Part shown: positions 25,447 to 38,863 of the stretch, piece after piece | Layout of the letters: each line of letters starts with the position of its first letter | Numbering within the stretch: position 1 is the first letter of the stretch | Made by a program: the position numbers and the translations under genes | DNA from: Octopus vulgaris | Taxonomy: Eukaryota | Assembly: GCA_951406725.2 (NCBI GenBank) | Contig: OX597816.1 | Coordinates: 42,656,001 to 42,720,000, forward strand | Length of the DNA: 64,000 nt | Direction: 5' to 3' | The notes under the pieces: model-generated | The model's database searches: none | What the model was told of the DNA's origin: nothing | Seen by the model: the letters and a program-made list of their open reading frames with translations, nothing else

Positions 25447-26239
25447 ATAGATGTATAGATAAATAAATACATACATACATATATGCATATACATATATGT
25501 GTATATGTGTATATATGAATATGTGTGCGTGTGTGTGTGTGAATTCGTACGTGTGATTATGTGTACATGTGTAGAAACCATATATCCAAGTCGAAGCTAG
25601 ACAATAATTAATTACAAATTTTTTCACTAGAATGCATCAGTAATATCTTGATTGATAACACACATGTCTAGATATTTTGACGAATTTCATCTCCCTTGCA
25701 TCCAGTGAAATCTAGCATAGATAATAAAAGACGAGAGAAATGACAAGAAGGAAAGTAGTCGTGTAGGACATAATAAATTGCAGTCTAGATGCTGATAGAA
25801 ATTGTATATTTGGAAGGTTAAACTGATAACAAATAGATTTAGCAGCATGCAAGTAACAAGAATGATGTCCCAATTCAACTCCAGTAATTGTTAGTCGCCA
25901 TTTCAAAATAATTAATGCTTCATAGACAAATATACAGAGAGGAAGAGGTACTGTTCTATTGTAATAAATTCTGGCCTGTTACCAAACAGTCTTCTACTAT
26001 CCGTATTCTCTGTTCATTCTTATGCTGGTTTTAATGTAATTTCAATTTTCTTTCTTATGTGATCGTGTTGAACTCTTCGAATTAATATATTTTCGAGCAT
26101 TATCTCTGAAGGAAAGTAAAACGAATACACCGATACAAAAGCTTTAGCATAAATAACAATGACCTTGCTAATAATAACGATAACAACAGCAAGAACAGCA
26201 CCGACAACAACAACAATAATGATAATGATAAAAATACAA

Positions 26240-28900
26240 ATTAATGCAGATCTCTTACCCTTAAGAAACAACGTTACGAGCCATGTTTACATGCAAAGAA
26301 CGCGGAGGCGGTTTTGTCTCTCAAAAGCAATATGCAAAATACAAACCGGATTAATTGTCACCTGGAACACCGAGGACCACGATCTCAAATAATGAACCAG
26401 ATTCGAAGCGAAAAATAAGCTACTGGTTCAAATCTCCCCTAAACCCAGGAGCTGGAATTACCCCACAACCGGAATATTCCAATAGTTGTCCATCCATACT
26501 CGTCATCAAATAATAAACGAAACAGAATGAAAAATTGTCTAATGAAGTTCTTACGGCATTCTATCGTACCATGTATTTTCCCACAAATATATCTAATACT
26601 GTACAAACCTACTTAAACTGGAGACAGAAGCACCTTGAAGTAAGACCCTAAATAGACAGTAACAAACTGACCAACGTCATAAGAAATATTATGAAAAGGA
26701 AATAATTACCTGAATTAGAGATTGACCAAATTAAACAATCAGTAAGGGATAAAAGGATGGAAGCTACAGCTAAAGAAGATACTACAGAGGAAATATTTAT
26801 GGACCAGCGCAGGGCTGATGAAAATGCAATAACGACTGAATGAGTTAATGTAACTGATAAGTAGAGGGAAATACTCTCTGAACCAACCATAATCACTAAG
26901 ACAAATGAAAAACAAATAATTGAAGAAAGTCAGACAGAAATTGACCCAACAGAACAAGATGATCTAAAAAAAAATCAAATAATGATTGAATGGCTGAAAA
27001 TTAAGGAAACCAGTATGAATGAACGCGACACTCTCCCAAATATTTGCACTTCTAACCAAAATCTGAATATAATTGGTAAAATACGACTTGCAATCAAGGA
27101 TATAATTTCAGCTAATGACGTTGATATTACAGATCTCAACCACCTGTATTATACATCCGCGAAAATCTCAACGATACCATATGGTGAAAAGATAACTCAA
27201 AAAATGTTTTGAGGAAGATGGGGAAAATAACAGTTACAGTAACGTCTGTCCTATCAAATGAAGTGCAGGAATTTTGGGAATAAAAGTTGTTGTTGTTGTT
27301 ATTGAACTAGGTTTCTGGTAGATTATCAGAAATCATCAAAATAATTTACAACACACTTAACTTTTCGTGATCTAGAAAGAATACGGAGACATTTAGAAAA
27401 TTAAAGTTCTTTATAGAAAGCAATGAGTTTATGGGATGCCGAATGAAATCATTGTCAAAGGTGAAAATATGAACGAAAATATTTCAAAGAGGCCCTCTTT
27501 CCCTCTTACCATATATAATTGCATTTACTTATCAGTCAAAAGCATTGAGAAGTTTCATACCTTCTTATGAATTTGCAAAGAACAAGGAGAAAGATATATC
27601 ACCTGCCGTATACAGATTACTTCAACACACACACCAAAACTTCAAAAGAGCTGGAGTCTCTGATCCAAACAGTAATTATATTTAACAATATTTGTCCACA
27701 GTCTAAGTGAATGAATGTGCAATTTTAATTACGAAGATACGGAGAAAGGTTAAATCTGATAGTATTAAAGTACCATTCGACTGTTTGGACTGTTTGGAGA
27801 TATTAAACGATGATAAGGTAAAGGAAAGAGAAAAGATAATATTTTACAGAAGTATTAGGAACCTATTCCAAGCAAAATTAAACATTAAAACGTTAGTCAA
27901 TATATAACATGCCATAAGTGAAATAATTTGCTCATTTGCGAAAATGGTCAGGGACACAGCTACAGTTATTAGAGAGAACTAGAAAGATACATTGCATAGA
28001 GTGCGCAACATTAAAAGTAATTTTGACAGGATAGTGGGTTAAAAAAAGACAGAAGCCTGTTAAATACAAAAGACATTATCAGTATTCGAATAATATGTTT
28101 GCAAAACAATGTAGTGTATTGTGATGGAAAGCTATTTTCTCCCTGTTCTCTGCAAAGTATTACTGAAGCAGTGAGTAAATCCAATAACAAAATTAAAATG
28201 ATGGACCAACTAAAAGAAAAAAAATAAAGAAATACATGACCAGTTCAAGTAACACATTGAGAATATCCTAAGTGAAAGTGATTACAGCCAATCAGAAACG
28301 ACCCAATATAATGAATTTTGCAAAAGCAAACGATGATAAAACACGTTCAGAAAGCAAATGCATGATACGTGAAAATTATACTAAATTATTAACTGTCTCC
28401 TAAAGGAATTCAGTAAAGTACCACAAAAGAGTAAAAGTGCAGCCACAACTGTGTCGGTAAAAGAATGCGTTGGGATGTTCGCCAAGGGATAGAACAATGG
28501 TGTGAACAAGATCCGGAGAATAATGAAAATTGATAGTTAATGGATGGTATGAGATTTCATCATGGAAACTAATCATTCCATTGATGTAAAGAGATTTGCT
28601 CGTAGGTGACAGAAGACAGAAAAAGGTCGTAATGTTTGTAATATTATATTATACTAGTAGAGATATATATCAATGAAAATAGTAGAAATTAGAAATACTT
28701 CAAACCGCTCAGAGATCGGAAGAGATTGAGGAAGACAGAGGTAAAAATTGTTCCTTTGGTAACTGCTGCAACTTGCGCATTACCAGTATTCCTGCTACAC
28801 GTCTTATTTTTTTTTATCTCTTGGCCCTTTTTTACAAAATAGTGCAGACGTCTGCTACTCTCCATCAACTTCGCTTTTGTTGCCAGCCTTGTAAGTAGAT
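26240..28900 (+). mobile_element. Heavily decayed R4/Dong-like RLE LINE
   Basis: N-terminal WRQKHLEVRP*IDSNKLTNVIRNIMKRK*LPELEIDQIK; RT remnant EKIYHLPYTDYF..KELESLIQTVIIF (compare ISHLLYMDDLK..ELESLIQTVRIF); RLE remnant TEVKIVPLVTAA; preceded by AAT/AAC repeats. Confidence 0.6.
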
Positions 28901-29491
28901 AAGACTCGTGTTACTCTGAGCGAGTGCTTATTTGCCATTTGTATCTACGTGTGGCTGAGTAGTGGGATTGTGTTATTTCATGGCTCGCTACTGCAAATGA
29001 AAAAAGCACCTACATTTACCGGTAGAGAATGTAATGTTGAAATTACTTTTGATCTTCATGATAATTGAGTATGGAACGCGTTTAGTTAACTTTTCCTTCT
29101 ACATCTGCAACAGCTGGACCGTTTGCCTTTCAGACATAGTTTTAACATCTTCCTCTTTGCACACTTGACAGCGCCCAGTTCTGGTAGTGTTTCAAGTGTT
29201 GCCGTGTTATTAGAATATATATATCAAAAGACCGTACACGACCATATAACACTAAATGTTACATCTACATTTACCACTTGCCGTATAGTTCCAGGGCCCG
29301 ACGTTACCAGCCATATCCCTTCTCTTTCTCCAAAGACACAGAACAAGCATAGTTAGATGTGTCACATAATGATAGAATTTTAGATTTCGCCCCGTCCTCT
29401 ATGTTCAAAATGTTTTCCTCTATTAATGAAGGATATTTTACATAAGGTAACTTCTCTAGCTGTCATAAATTCGAGTGTGGATGAATCATAA

Positions 29492-29671
29492 TATGAGGGG
29501 GTTGGGCAAAAGTTCCTTGCTTTGAGTAAAAGAAAATACAGAAGGATCAGATAATCATGATTGCATGCAACAAATTCCCCACTCAGTTTCACAAATTTAT
29601 TGCAGGTTTTTTAAGCCCTGTAAAACCACCGGAAGGTTGGATCCCAAACCAATCTTTTTGCAACACCCTTA
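29492..29671. mobile_element. Possible mariner-derived MITE
   Basis: Starts tatgagggggttgggcaaaagttcc and ends aaaccaatctttttgcaacaccctta; loosely inverted, mariner-type termini. Confidence 0.35.
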
Positions 29672-30025
29672 AAGACAGAATATTTCAGTTCCCATTCCTA
29701 TTCGGTGTATCTTTTGGTAGATCGGCATTTTGTTTTTGGTCTAGCAAGTCGGTAAACAATTGCTGGACAAATTTTTGTTCCTCCCGGAAAAGTTTAGGTT
29801 GAGGGGGTTTTCCCTTTCGACGCAACGCTTGCAAAATAGAGCTTCAGTTTCTAGTATTTACGCCCGAAGCGGTGCACCTTTACACCTTTACTGTTGACAA
29901 GATTTCTACTCCATGTACATAGAATAACCGCTTTCTTTTTACTTTCTTTTTCTTCAATAATTTCAGCTTGAGAGGTGCAGCCATCTGTAGACACGGCATA
30001 TTTATTAATATTCTGCACTATATAA

Positions 30026-30750
30026 GGTGGCGAGTTGGCAGACGCGTTAGCACAACGGGCAAAACACTTAGCAGCATTTCGTTTATCTTTACATTCTGTG
30101 GTCGAATTCCACAGATGGCTACTTCTATCTTTTCGGTGTCGATAAAATAAGTACCAGTTAAGTACTAGTGTTGGTGTTATCGACTTACCTCTACCTCGAA
30201 AATCTTAGCCGTGTATCAAGATTTCAGGACTATATTTTGCGTTGCGAGTAAAGCAGTTTTCCTTTTTGTTGTCTCTGTGTCAAATGCATTATTTTGTTTT
30301 CTTTCTGTTTTCCTTCGGGAGACATGGCGTTCATGCTGGGGTTCGGATTTTGCATTAGAGGAAAAAAACTTAGTCCCGAAATGACATGATTGATCTTATT
30401 TTTAGTCGGCATTTGAAGCAGGCATACTAATCTGAATAGAATATTCTGTACGCTTAATTTTGGTACAATCTGTTTTTCAACAAGTAACATATTTAACTTC
30501 CAAGAGGGATTTATGGAATATGTCTAATTGTTCAAGATTGATTAATTAGAATAATGGTTTTAAATTTTGGCACAAGGCCAGCAGTTTCAGGGTAGAGCGT
30601 AAGTCGGTTACTTCGACTCGTGTTGAGCTGGTACTTAATTCATCGACCTCGAAAGCATGGAAGGAAAGTCGACCTTGATGGAATTTGAACTTAGAATGAA
30701 AAACAGACGAAATACTGCTTAGCGTTTTGCCTGGTGTTCTAACGTCGCTT
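30026..30750. mobile_element. Two diverged SINE family B copies (30026-30225 +; 30550-30750 -)
   Basis: ggtggcgagttggcagacgcgttagcac head; gtcgataaaataagtaccag core; and the reverse-complement core at 30625-30700. Confidence 0.65.
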
Positions 30751-31917
30751 AGATTAAGGCTAAAATTAATGCGACAACATTTTATAAACAAACTTCGAAC
30801 TGCCGATTATGGTCGGTATTTTGAAGGCAAGAAGTAAATTCTGAACTCAGTAACGCTGTATGAAAAGCAGAGAAACATTGGGTACTTTACCCTCATAAGA
30901 CTGAAAAGAATGTTGCCAGCAGGTGAACACGTATCCTTCAGATACCGGCTGGGTGCTCTAACCATTAAGGTAAATTATCCTTGACAACAATTACCGTGAA
31001 TTTTAGGTCTACATTTTAAAGCTAACTTATATTTTTTGGAATGCGACAACACTTTATAAACAAACATTGGAAGCATCGAATATGGTTGGAATTTTGCTGA
31101 CAACAAATAAATTTTGATCGCTAATTTGGCTAATTTTTCCTTCATAAAAGGGTAAAATATTTTGTTTCGCTGCTGTTCTTACTTTTTTTCTGCGTCCGAA
31201 ATTTGTTTTCTTGTCAGTAAAATACAGATATTTATATTTCCATTTCAATTTTCATAGCTCTCGATTTCATTAACTCTTGTTAATATTCTAAGCGCAGATA
31301 GCAACCTGTTTTCAAGGGTCTCATACCGCGATACTTCATACATAAGTAAAAGTCTCAATATCTTCGATGACCAAAAGAAGTTTTCTAGGCATTTTCACCC
31401 CACTTGTAAATCCCAACTTCTCTAAAAAAATTACTGAAACCATCTAGTTAATGATCAAAGTTCCCCTATTACTATAATGTACGTATATATGAAATTAAAT
31501 GAATTGCGTGGAAACAAAGAAAATATGCAATAATGGAATGAAATGCATTAGCTTGCGGCTATCTCTGCTATAAGATTAAATCCATTCAACAGATCTGAAG
31601 AAGCTATAAGGGAATGTCACAACGACTCAGCTCTATGTGCAAAACATTTTATTGCAGAAACAGGTGCATTAACATTCATTCGGTAATTTCCAGTTCCTTT
31701 GTAATTTATTTCACTTTACATTATGCCTCTGTACCGACTAAGCCTTTATTCAGAAGCACGTGTATACTGAGCTCTAACGCAAGATAATTAGTATCGCCAT
31801 ATCTAAGGTAAATACACACGCAGACAAATACACACACACGAACGTATATATAAATATATGTGTGTGTGTGTGTGTGCGTGTCAGTGTGTGTGTGTGTGTG
31901 AGTATCAGTGTGTGTCA

Positions 31918-32104
31918 GTGTGTGTCTGTTTGTGTGTCTGTGTTTGTCCCTCTAGCATCGCTTGAAAACCGATGCTGGTGTGTTTATGTCCCCGCCACTT
32001 AGCTGTCCGGCAAAAGAAACCGATTAAATAAGTACTAAGCTTACAACGAATAAGTCCCGGGGTCGATTTGCTCGACTGAAATGACTGAAACAAGTAAAAG
32101 AGTA
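31918..32104 (+). mobile_element. SINE family A, 3' half
   Basis: gtgtttgtccc...ccgatgctggtgtgttta...caaaagaaaccga...gactgaaacaagtaaaagagta. Confidence 0.75.
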
Positions 32105-32109
32105 ACGAT

Positions 32110-32181
<72 letters not shown>

Positions 32182-32281
32182 TATAAAGGGCAAGTTTACG
32201 AAAATAAACAAAAGACGAAGGCTGGTGGAATACAAACAAACAAATGTATTAGAATAGCGCTCAGGAATAGAAAAAGGCTTT

Positions 32282-32313
32282 TACGTTTCGAGCCTACGCT
32301 CTTCGATAGAAAA
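32282..32313 (-). ncRNA. Minimal hammerhead-like motif with variant core (Penelope pLTR-type)
   Basis: uuu-CUAUCGA-a-GAGC-guag-GCUC-GAAA-CG-UA-aaa; the CUGAnGA box is degenerate. Confidence 0.4.
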
Positions 32314-32808
32314 ATACACAGAAAAAAACAAGGAGTGAAACAAGGAGAGAGAAAAAAATGCGTGTAGTAGCAAACGATCTATCATGGAGATTCCAACTTA
32401 GTCTGATTTTCACGTTTTATCATTTCCAATTTTTGCAATTTTAACTATTTTACAATATTGATATAAAATAGTACTTTCATGCATTATGCAATCAGAAGGT
32501 TTATGTAGTGACAGTCATGTTCCACAACTGGAGCTTGTCGTTCCTCTTTCTGAAGAAAGCCAGATCATCAGCTTTACATTTAGTAGGTCATCAGGTAGCT
32601 TATTAGGCCAATTAGGTTACTATAGTGGCACCTAATACCTGAGTGAGGACCCGGTTGACCGCTTGCTTTCTATATCGGCCTCCAAACGGAACATCTCTGT
32701 TAATTTATTCCTCTGAATGCATGTAATTCCGAGCAGTCTTGTATATACATATACATATAGATAGATAGAGATAAATATTGATGTGTGTGTGTGTGTGCGT
32801 GTGTGTAT

Positions 32809-33080
32809 GGAGGCACATGGTCTAGTGGTTAGAGGAGCGGACTCGCGGTCGACTGATCGCGGGTTCGACTTTCAGACCGGGTATGTGAGTGTTTATGAGC
32901 CAAACACCTAAGCTGCACGCGTCTCCTGCAAAAGGTAATGGCGAACTTGTGCTCACTCTTTCGCTACAAACTTCTCTCACCCTTTCCTCCTGCATCTTGC
33001 AGCTCACCTGCGACGGACCGGCGTCCCGTTCAGGTGAGGAATCTATGTGCCAAGGAAACCTGGAAACTGGCCATATGAGA
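32809..33080 (+). mobile_element. tRNA-derived SINE family C (tRNA-Arg-like head)
   Basis: ggaggcacatggtctagtggttagaggagcggactcgcggtcg...gggttcgact (A/B boxes); 3' module cctgcgacggaccggcgtcccgttcagg. Confidence 0.8.
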
Positions 33081-33110
33081 AGGAACAAACAACATATATA
33101 TATTTACCCT

Positions 33111-33262
33111 GGCTGTGTGGCAAGTAACTCGCTTACCAACCACACGGCTCCGGGTTCAGTCTCAGTGCGTGGCACCTTGGGCAAGTGTCTTCTACTATGG
33201 CCTCGGGCCGACCAAAGCCTTGTCAGTGTATTTGGCAGACGGAAACTGAAAGAAGCCTGTCG

Positions 33263-33299
<37 letters not shown>

Positions 33300-33525
33300 A
33301 TGTCTGTGTTTGTGTGTCTGTGTTTGTCCCCCCAACATCGCTTGACGACCAATGCTGGTATGTTTACGTCCCCGTTACTTAGCGGTTCGGCAAAAGAAAC
33401 CGATAGAATAAGTACTAGGCTTACAAAAAATAAGTCCTAGGGTCGATTTGCTCGACTAAAAGGCGGTGCTCCAGCATGGCCGCAGTCAAAAGACTGAAAC
33501 AAGTAAAAGAGAGAGTAAAAGAGTA
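33111..33525 (+). mobile_element. SINE family A (near full length)
   Basis: ggctgtgtggcaagtaactcgc...gggttcagtctc...ggcaccttgggcaagtg...caagtaaaagagagagtaaaagagta. Confidence 0.85.
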
Positions 33526-34696
33526 TGTATCTGTAATATATGAATGCGTGTGTATGTGTGTATGTGTGCGCGTGGATATGTGTTGTGTGGATGACAGTCA
33601 TGTACACACACACACACACTCACTTGTAATAAGTAAAAAGAGAGTATTTGTGTCTTATATCTGGGGAACTTTCGACAGCAAGTATCTTTAGACGGAACCG
33701 CGTCTAAAGAAATAAACAAATTTTATGCGTTATAGGTTTTGTGGATAAGAATCGGTTACAACAGTTTATGACCAGTTCTTTTGATTGAAAACGCTTTCGT
33801 ATGCCTAGCATGGACGATACAAAATGTTCTGAGATATAAAATATTCCAGTTTGCGGGAAGAACACATAAATGTAAAAATCAAATAACAATCTTGCTTCCA
33901 ACCAGTCGATCTTATATTCAGTCGATAGTTCTTGAAATTTATCTATAAAACAAAGACAAATAGTGTAGACATTTTACATAAGAATATTAAACTGAATCAA
34001 TAAGTATGCTTGTCTATATATCAATCCAATACTGAAATATTTCAGAACAAAATATTTTCAATGACATAAATATTTTATGAAAAATAAAGACGAAGGATGT
34101 CTACTAGCTGAGAAATATTATATAATATGATTGACATAATTTGCTGTTAGGATGGAATATACTCAACAAAATCAGAAACAAGAAAATTATAAAAAGAGAA
34201 ATATATAAAATGTGTAACTTAGTTAAAAATGTGAACTCCGATATTTGACAAAGAGATGGACGATTGTAGGAAATATAAAAATATTCTAGCGGCCTAAATT
34301 TCATGATTTACTTGAGACTCGATCATGCGAAACGGAACCCTCTATGAAAATGACAAGTGTGCTAGAAAAATTAGCAAAATCTGCCACAGATTACGCCTAC
34401 TGTCCAATGAAAGAAAGATGCAGTGAATACTGTTTATGGCTGTCAGATGACAACGTACCTATTATTTTTAATACATACATATATAATACACACACAAACA
34501 GACATTTCTACAAATCCAAACGGATATATAGTATATAGTTTTGCACCAGGTGGACTTTCTGAGCACGCTGTTACAAAATATAGGGACACAGAGAGTGTGT
34601 CGTATAGCCAGCTAGAAACGGTGTCTCTTGAGGCTAAAACAAAAGTAGCATCGACAATTGAAGACACTCACATTACGTTGGCAAATAGCTTTCATG

Positions 34697-35200
34697 ACGG
34701 CGACGAGCTGGCAGAAACCTTAGCACGCCAGGCGAAATGCTTAGCGGCATTTCGTCTGCCTTTACGTTCTGAGTTCAAATTCCGCCGAGGTTGACTTTGC
34801 CTTCCATCATTTCGAAATCGATAAATTACGTACCAGTTAATCACTGGGGTCGATGCTTTCGACTTAGTCCCTTTGTCAGTTCTTGTTTGTCCCCTCCAAG
34901 TTTAGTCCCTTGTGAGCAATAAAGAAATAAGAAACGTTAGCACGCCGGGAGAAGTGCTTAGCGGCATTTCGTCTGCCGTTACGTTCTGAGTTCAAATTCC
35001 GCCGAGGTGAACTTTGCCTTTCATCCTTTCGGGATCGATTAAGTAAGTACCAGTTAGCCACTGGGGTCGATATAATCGACTTAATCCGTTTTTCTGTCCT
35101 TGTTTGTCCTCTCTGCGTTTAGCCCCTTGTGAGTAGTAAAGAAATAGGTATTTCTTCTGTCTTTACGTTCTGAAATCAAATTCCGCCGAGGTTGATTTCG
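34697..35200 (+). mobile_element. SINE family B tandem multimer (2.5 units)
   Basis: ggcgacgagctggcagaaacc head; repeated ttctgagttcaaattccgccgagg. Confidence 0.85.
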
Positions 35201-35352
35201 GTCCTTGTACCTAGAGTAAAAACGAAATAGCTTATATATATATATACCAGAGTAAGCACATAAAAGAAAACAAAAGTTGGAAAAAAATTAGTACTCGAAA
35301 ACCAGAGGTGGAGTAATATAATTTATTAAAAAGCAGCAAAAATATCACAAAA

Positions 35353-35395
35353 AATTGTTACACAGAGTTTCACGTTCCCGTTCGTCGGGCGGTTT
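35353..35395 (-). ncRNA. Hammerhead-like motif with variant core
   Basis: accgc-CCGACGA-ACG-ggaa-CGU-GAAA-cucugug-UA-acaauu, followed on the minus strand by AATAAA and an AT-rich tail. Confidence 0.4.
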
Positions 35396-35660
35396 TGTTT
35401 ATAATGGAACAAAAATATGGTTATAAGCAAACATACACATATATGCACGTACATACAAATACATACACATATATGTGAAAACATACACATGCATACCAAT
35501 TCATGCATATACATACACATACATTCCTACAATACGTACACATAAATATATAGGGAATATCTACATCAATTTTCCCTCCAAAATTTTACCATGCGTATTA
35601 CAAAAAAAAGTTCCTTAGAGATAGAACAATGGGTTGTCATGAGAGAGTGAAAATTTCAAT

Positions 35661-36296
35661 TAGTAGTATAATAAGAGTAAATAATAGCTATAATGTTTTT
35701 TTTTTAAAAACCAACAATTATTTATGGGTAGATTTCGGCATGTAAATATAACCATTAACGGTAGGAACTTTTATAAAAGTTCAATATATAAATTTTTTGT
35801 ATATAAATAAAAAATGCGGATTCAATCTTCTATATAGATTTGGCATTTGCTTGCTTTTTTTCCACTATTCCGACGTCGCTTGCTCGGGATGTAGAGGCAC
35901 GTAGAATTTGAAAAATATATTTAAGTGGAGGGATACGCTGATGAAAGGCATAGAGTTTATATCCCTAATCTAAAAACGCGTTCGTAAATAAACATTAGAC
36001 TTTGCTTTCTTTATTTCTTCCTTCTGGTTTGCATATGTGAATTACACGGATATGTCGTATGTGGAGTCTCATTTGTAGAAAATAGAAATAAGCAGTCTTT
36101 GACTGCTATTTCTAATTTTTGGGGTATGTGGCTAAGCAACCTGTTGCCTGCCTCTTTTATTTATATACAAAAATATATATTGAACTTTTATAAAAGTTCC
36201 TATCGTTAATGGTTATATTTACATGCCGAAATCTACCAGTAAATAATTGTTATTTATTTAAAAAACCATTAAAGCTATTATTTACTCTTATTATAT

Positions 36297-36301
<5 letters not shown>
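35661..36301. repeat. Inverted repeat (about 150-bp arms, about 340-bp spacer), Penelope-pLTR-like
   Basis: gtagatttcggcatgtaaatataaccattaacg.taggaacttttataaaagttcaatatat mirrored at 36170-36240; a diverged relative lies at 60625-60860. Confidence 0.8.
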
Positions 36302-36342
<41 letters not shown>

Positions 36343-36660
36343 CTATAAATATGTATCTGTTCATATACGTATGTATCTAAGCATACATAAGAGTATATTA
36401 GTAACATCTTAAATGTGGAACTAAAATATTACGGGTCATTAAAAGAAATGTATACAGTCGATGACACAGCTGTTTAGCGAGCAAGCGCGCTTACCATTCC
36501 TGCGGTTTTGTGTTCTCTTTTGCACGTTTGGAAAATGAATATTATAGTTATGATTCGACAAATGTCTTGGAATTGAAAATTAATACATACATATAATATG
36601 CTAGGCCACTGATTTTAATTGATTAATATCAATTTCTACCCTTATTCAATTTTATATATA

Positions 36661-36702
<42 letters not shown>

Positions 36703-36704
<2 letters not shown>

Positions 36705-37077
36705 AAGCACTCCGTCGGTTACGACGACGAGGGTTCCGGTTGATCCGAATCAACGGAACAGCCTGCTCGTGAAATTAACGTATAAATGGCTGAGCACTCC
36801 ACAGACACGTGTACCCTTAACGTAGTTCTCGGGGATATTCAGCGTGACACAGAGAGTGACAAGGCCGGCCCTTTGAGATACAGGTACAACAGAAACAGGA
36901 AGTAAGAGTGAGAGAAAGTTGTGGTGAAAGAGTACAGCAGGGATCACCACCATCCCCTGCCGGAGCCTTGTGGAGCTTTAGGTGTTTTCGCTCAATAAAC
37001 ACTCACAACGCCCAGTCTGGGAATCGAAACCGCGATCCTACGACCGCGAGTCCGCTGCCCTAACCACTGGGCCATTG
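36703..37077 (-). mobile_element. tRNA-derived SINE family C' (same head as 32809, different tail)
   Basis: Minus strand caatggcccagtggttagggcagcggactcgcggtcgtaggatcgcggtttcgattccc...; tail ends gtaaccgacggagtgcttcc + (AT)n. Confidence 0.85.
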
Positions 37078-37393
37078 TGTGTGTGAACTCCCTCTTAAAC
37101 ACACACATGTATATACAGTTACACTCACACACACACACCACAGTCCGGCTTTCAATTGGTGCAGACTTTCCAGATACACACAAGATAGCAATCAGCTGTT
37201 GCAGCCAAAACCTCGCCCTTGTCATCCATAACAACGCTATTGATGATGGGTCGTTCCTCTTCTTCTTCTTCTTCTTCTTTATCTTCTTCCTTCCTGGAAC
37301 CATCATCATTACCCATCGCTGCCTCCTCCTCTGTCCTTTTTCCCCACTGCCATCACAATTGTACTCTATAATCGGCCTATACTCTATAATAGA

Positions 37394-37443
<50 letters not shown>

Positions 37444-37449
<6 letters not shown>

Positions 37450-37694
37450 TTGCACCGACGAAGGGTTTATAAACACACAAAAAAACCGTTAGATTCACTT
37501 CAACATTTAAATTTAATGTGTGTCAAAATATTTTCGTCGCCGTGAAAACGCGATCTGTTCACTGAAAAAACGTCGTGTCAGTGAACAGGTCACGGTTTCA
37601 AAGCGACGAAAATATTTTGACACAAATTGAATTTATTTGTGTGTGTGTCTTTTTAAATGGTTTATAAAAAAAACCTTCCACACTGCAATTGTTT
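37444..37694. repeat. About 250-bp imperfect palindrome
   Basis: gtgtcaaaatattttcgtcgc..tgaaa.cg.ga.ctgttcactga vs tcagtgaacaggtcacggtttca.agcgacgaaaatattttgacac; outer ends aaacaattgca/tgcaattgttt. Confidence 0.85.
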
Positions 37695-37971
37695 TCGTTT
37701 CAGCACACGATCTCAGGTAAAGTCACTTGCTATTCAAGTATATCTCCATAAATATATATATATATATATAAACATAATCCTTATAATTATGAGTATAATT
37801 ATAATTAGAAATTTGCTTCAACATATACCGAAATTTAGAAATAGCACCCAAAACTCACTATTTCTTTACCATAAGAAAATCTCCCAGACAACAATACTCA
37901 ACAACCCACACAGATAAAAAGAGAAAAAAATAACGAACCCGCTCGGTTTATATTAACTGTGGACGCGTTAT

Positions 37972-38035
<64 letters not shown>

Positions 38036-38131
38036 TAGACAGGTAGATATATAGAGATTGATAAATAGATAGAAAGACAGATAGATAGACAGACAGAGAG
38101 ACAGAGAGGCAAATAGGTTGATAGGTAGATT

Positions 38132-38183
<52 letters not shown>

Positions 38184-38795
38184 CATACATACATACATAC
38201 ATACATACACACATACATACATATAATAGTATCGTTACCTAGTTGGTCAAGTCTTAATAAGTAAACGGTAAATAAGTATACTGACAAAAAGAACTCGCGT
38301 AGTCTATGAGCTTCTTCTCATACCTTCTATTGCAAACGTTGATACACGTATACGCATAACCTGGACTGTCCCTTGGAATATACTTATAGGCATTCATGTT
38401 CACGGCAGAAGTAATTATACGCGATATACTATCAAAATTTAATAATGTAATATTTCAATTTCTTCTTTTTTACTGCATTTATTACTCATACTATGTTCTA
38501 TGACTTTTTCGCTACTCATATTATGGAATGAACGTCATAACCTTACAGCTGTTCCGGCTATATGATGTTGTACACTCAGACATGTGTGGTTGTGCATCAC
38601 CTTATACTCATATCTGCTGATGATAATCAGTAGTTTTCTGATTTAGAAGTTCATCTTTTGTGTGCATACAGTTGATAATAATTCCTTTCAGTGACAAGAA
38701 AATATATTTCGAACGCTGTATAGCTGTGAACACAACAGTGAGATTGGGTATTTACCTTTATAAGACGGGAAAAAGTTGCCAGTAGGGCGCAGTAC

Positions 38796-38863
<68 letters not shown>

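Noticed and set aside
32540-32610. Two CTGATGA boxes on the minus strand as a hammerhead
   Set aside because: No properly placed stem II, GAAA and stem III
32809-32880. Genuine tRNA gene
   Set aside because: The cloverleaf is imperfect and it continues into a SINE body; the same applies to the other SINE heads
32889-33440. 183-aa ORF
   Set aside because: Runs across two adjacent SINEs and a microsatellite
38530-38580. gccGGAAcagctgTA hammerhead remnant on the minus strand
   Set aside because: GAAA is mutated and there is no CUGAnGA partner; too degenerate to support
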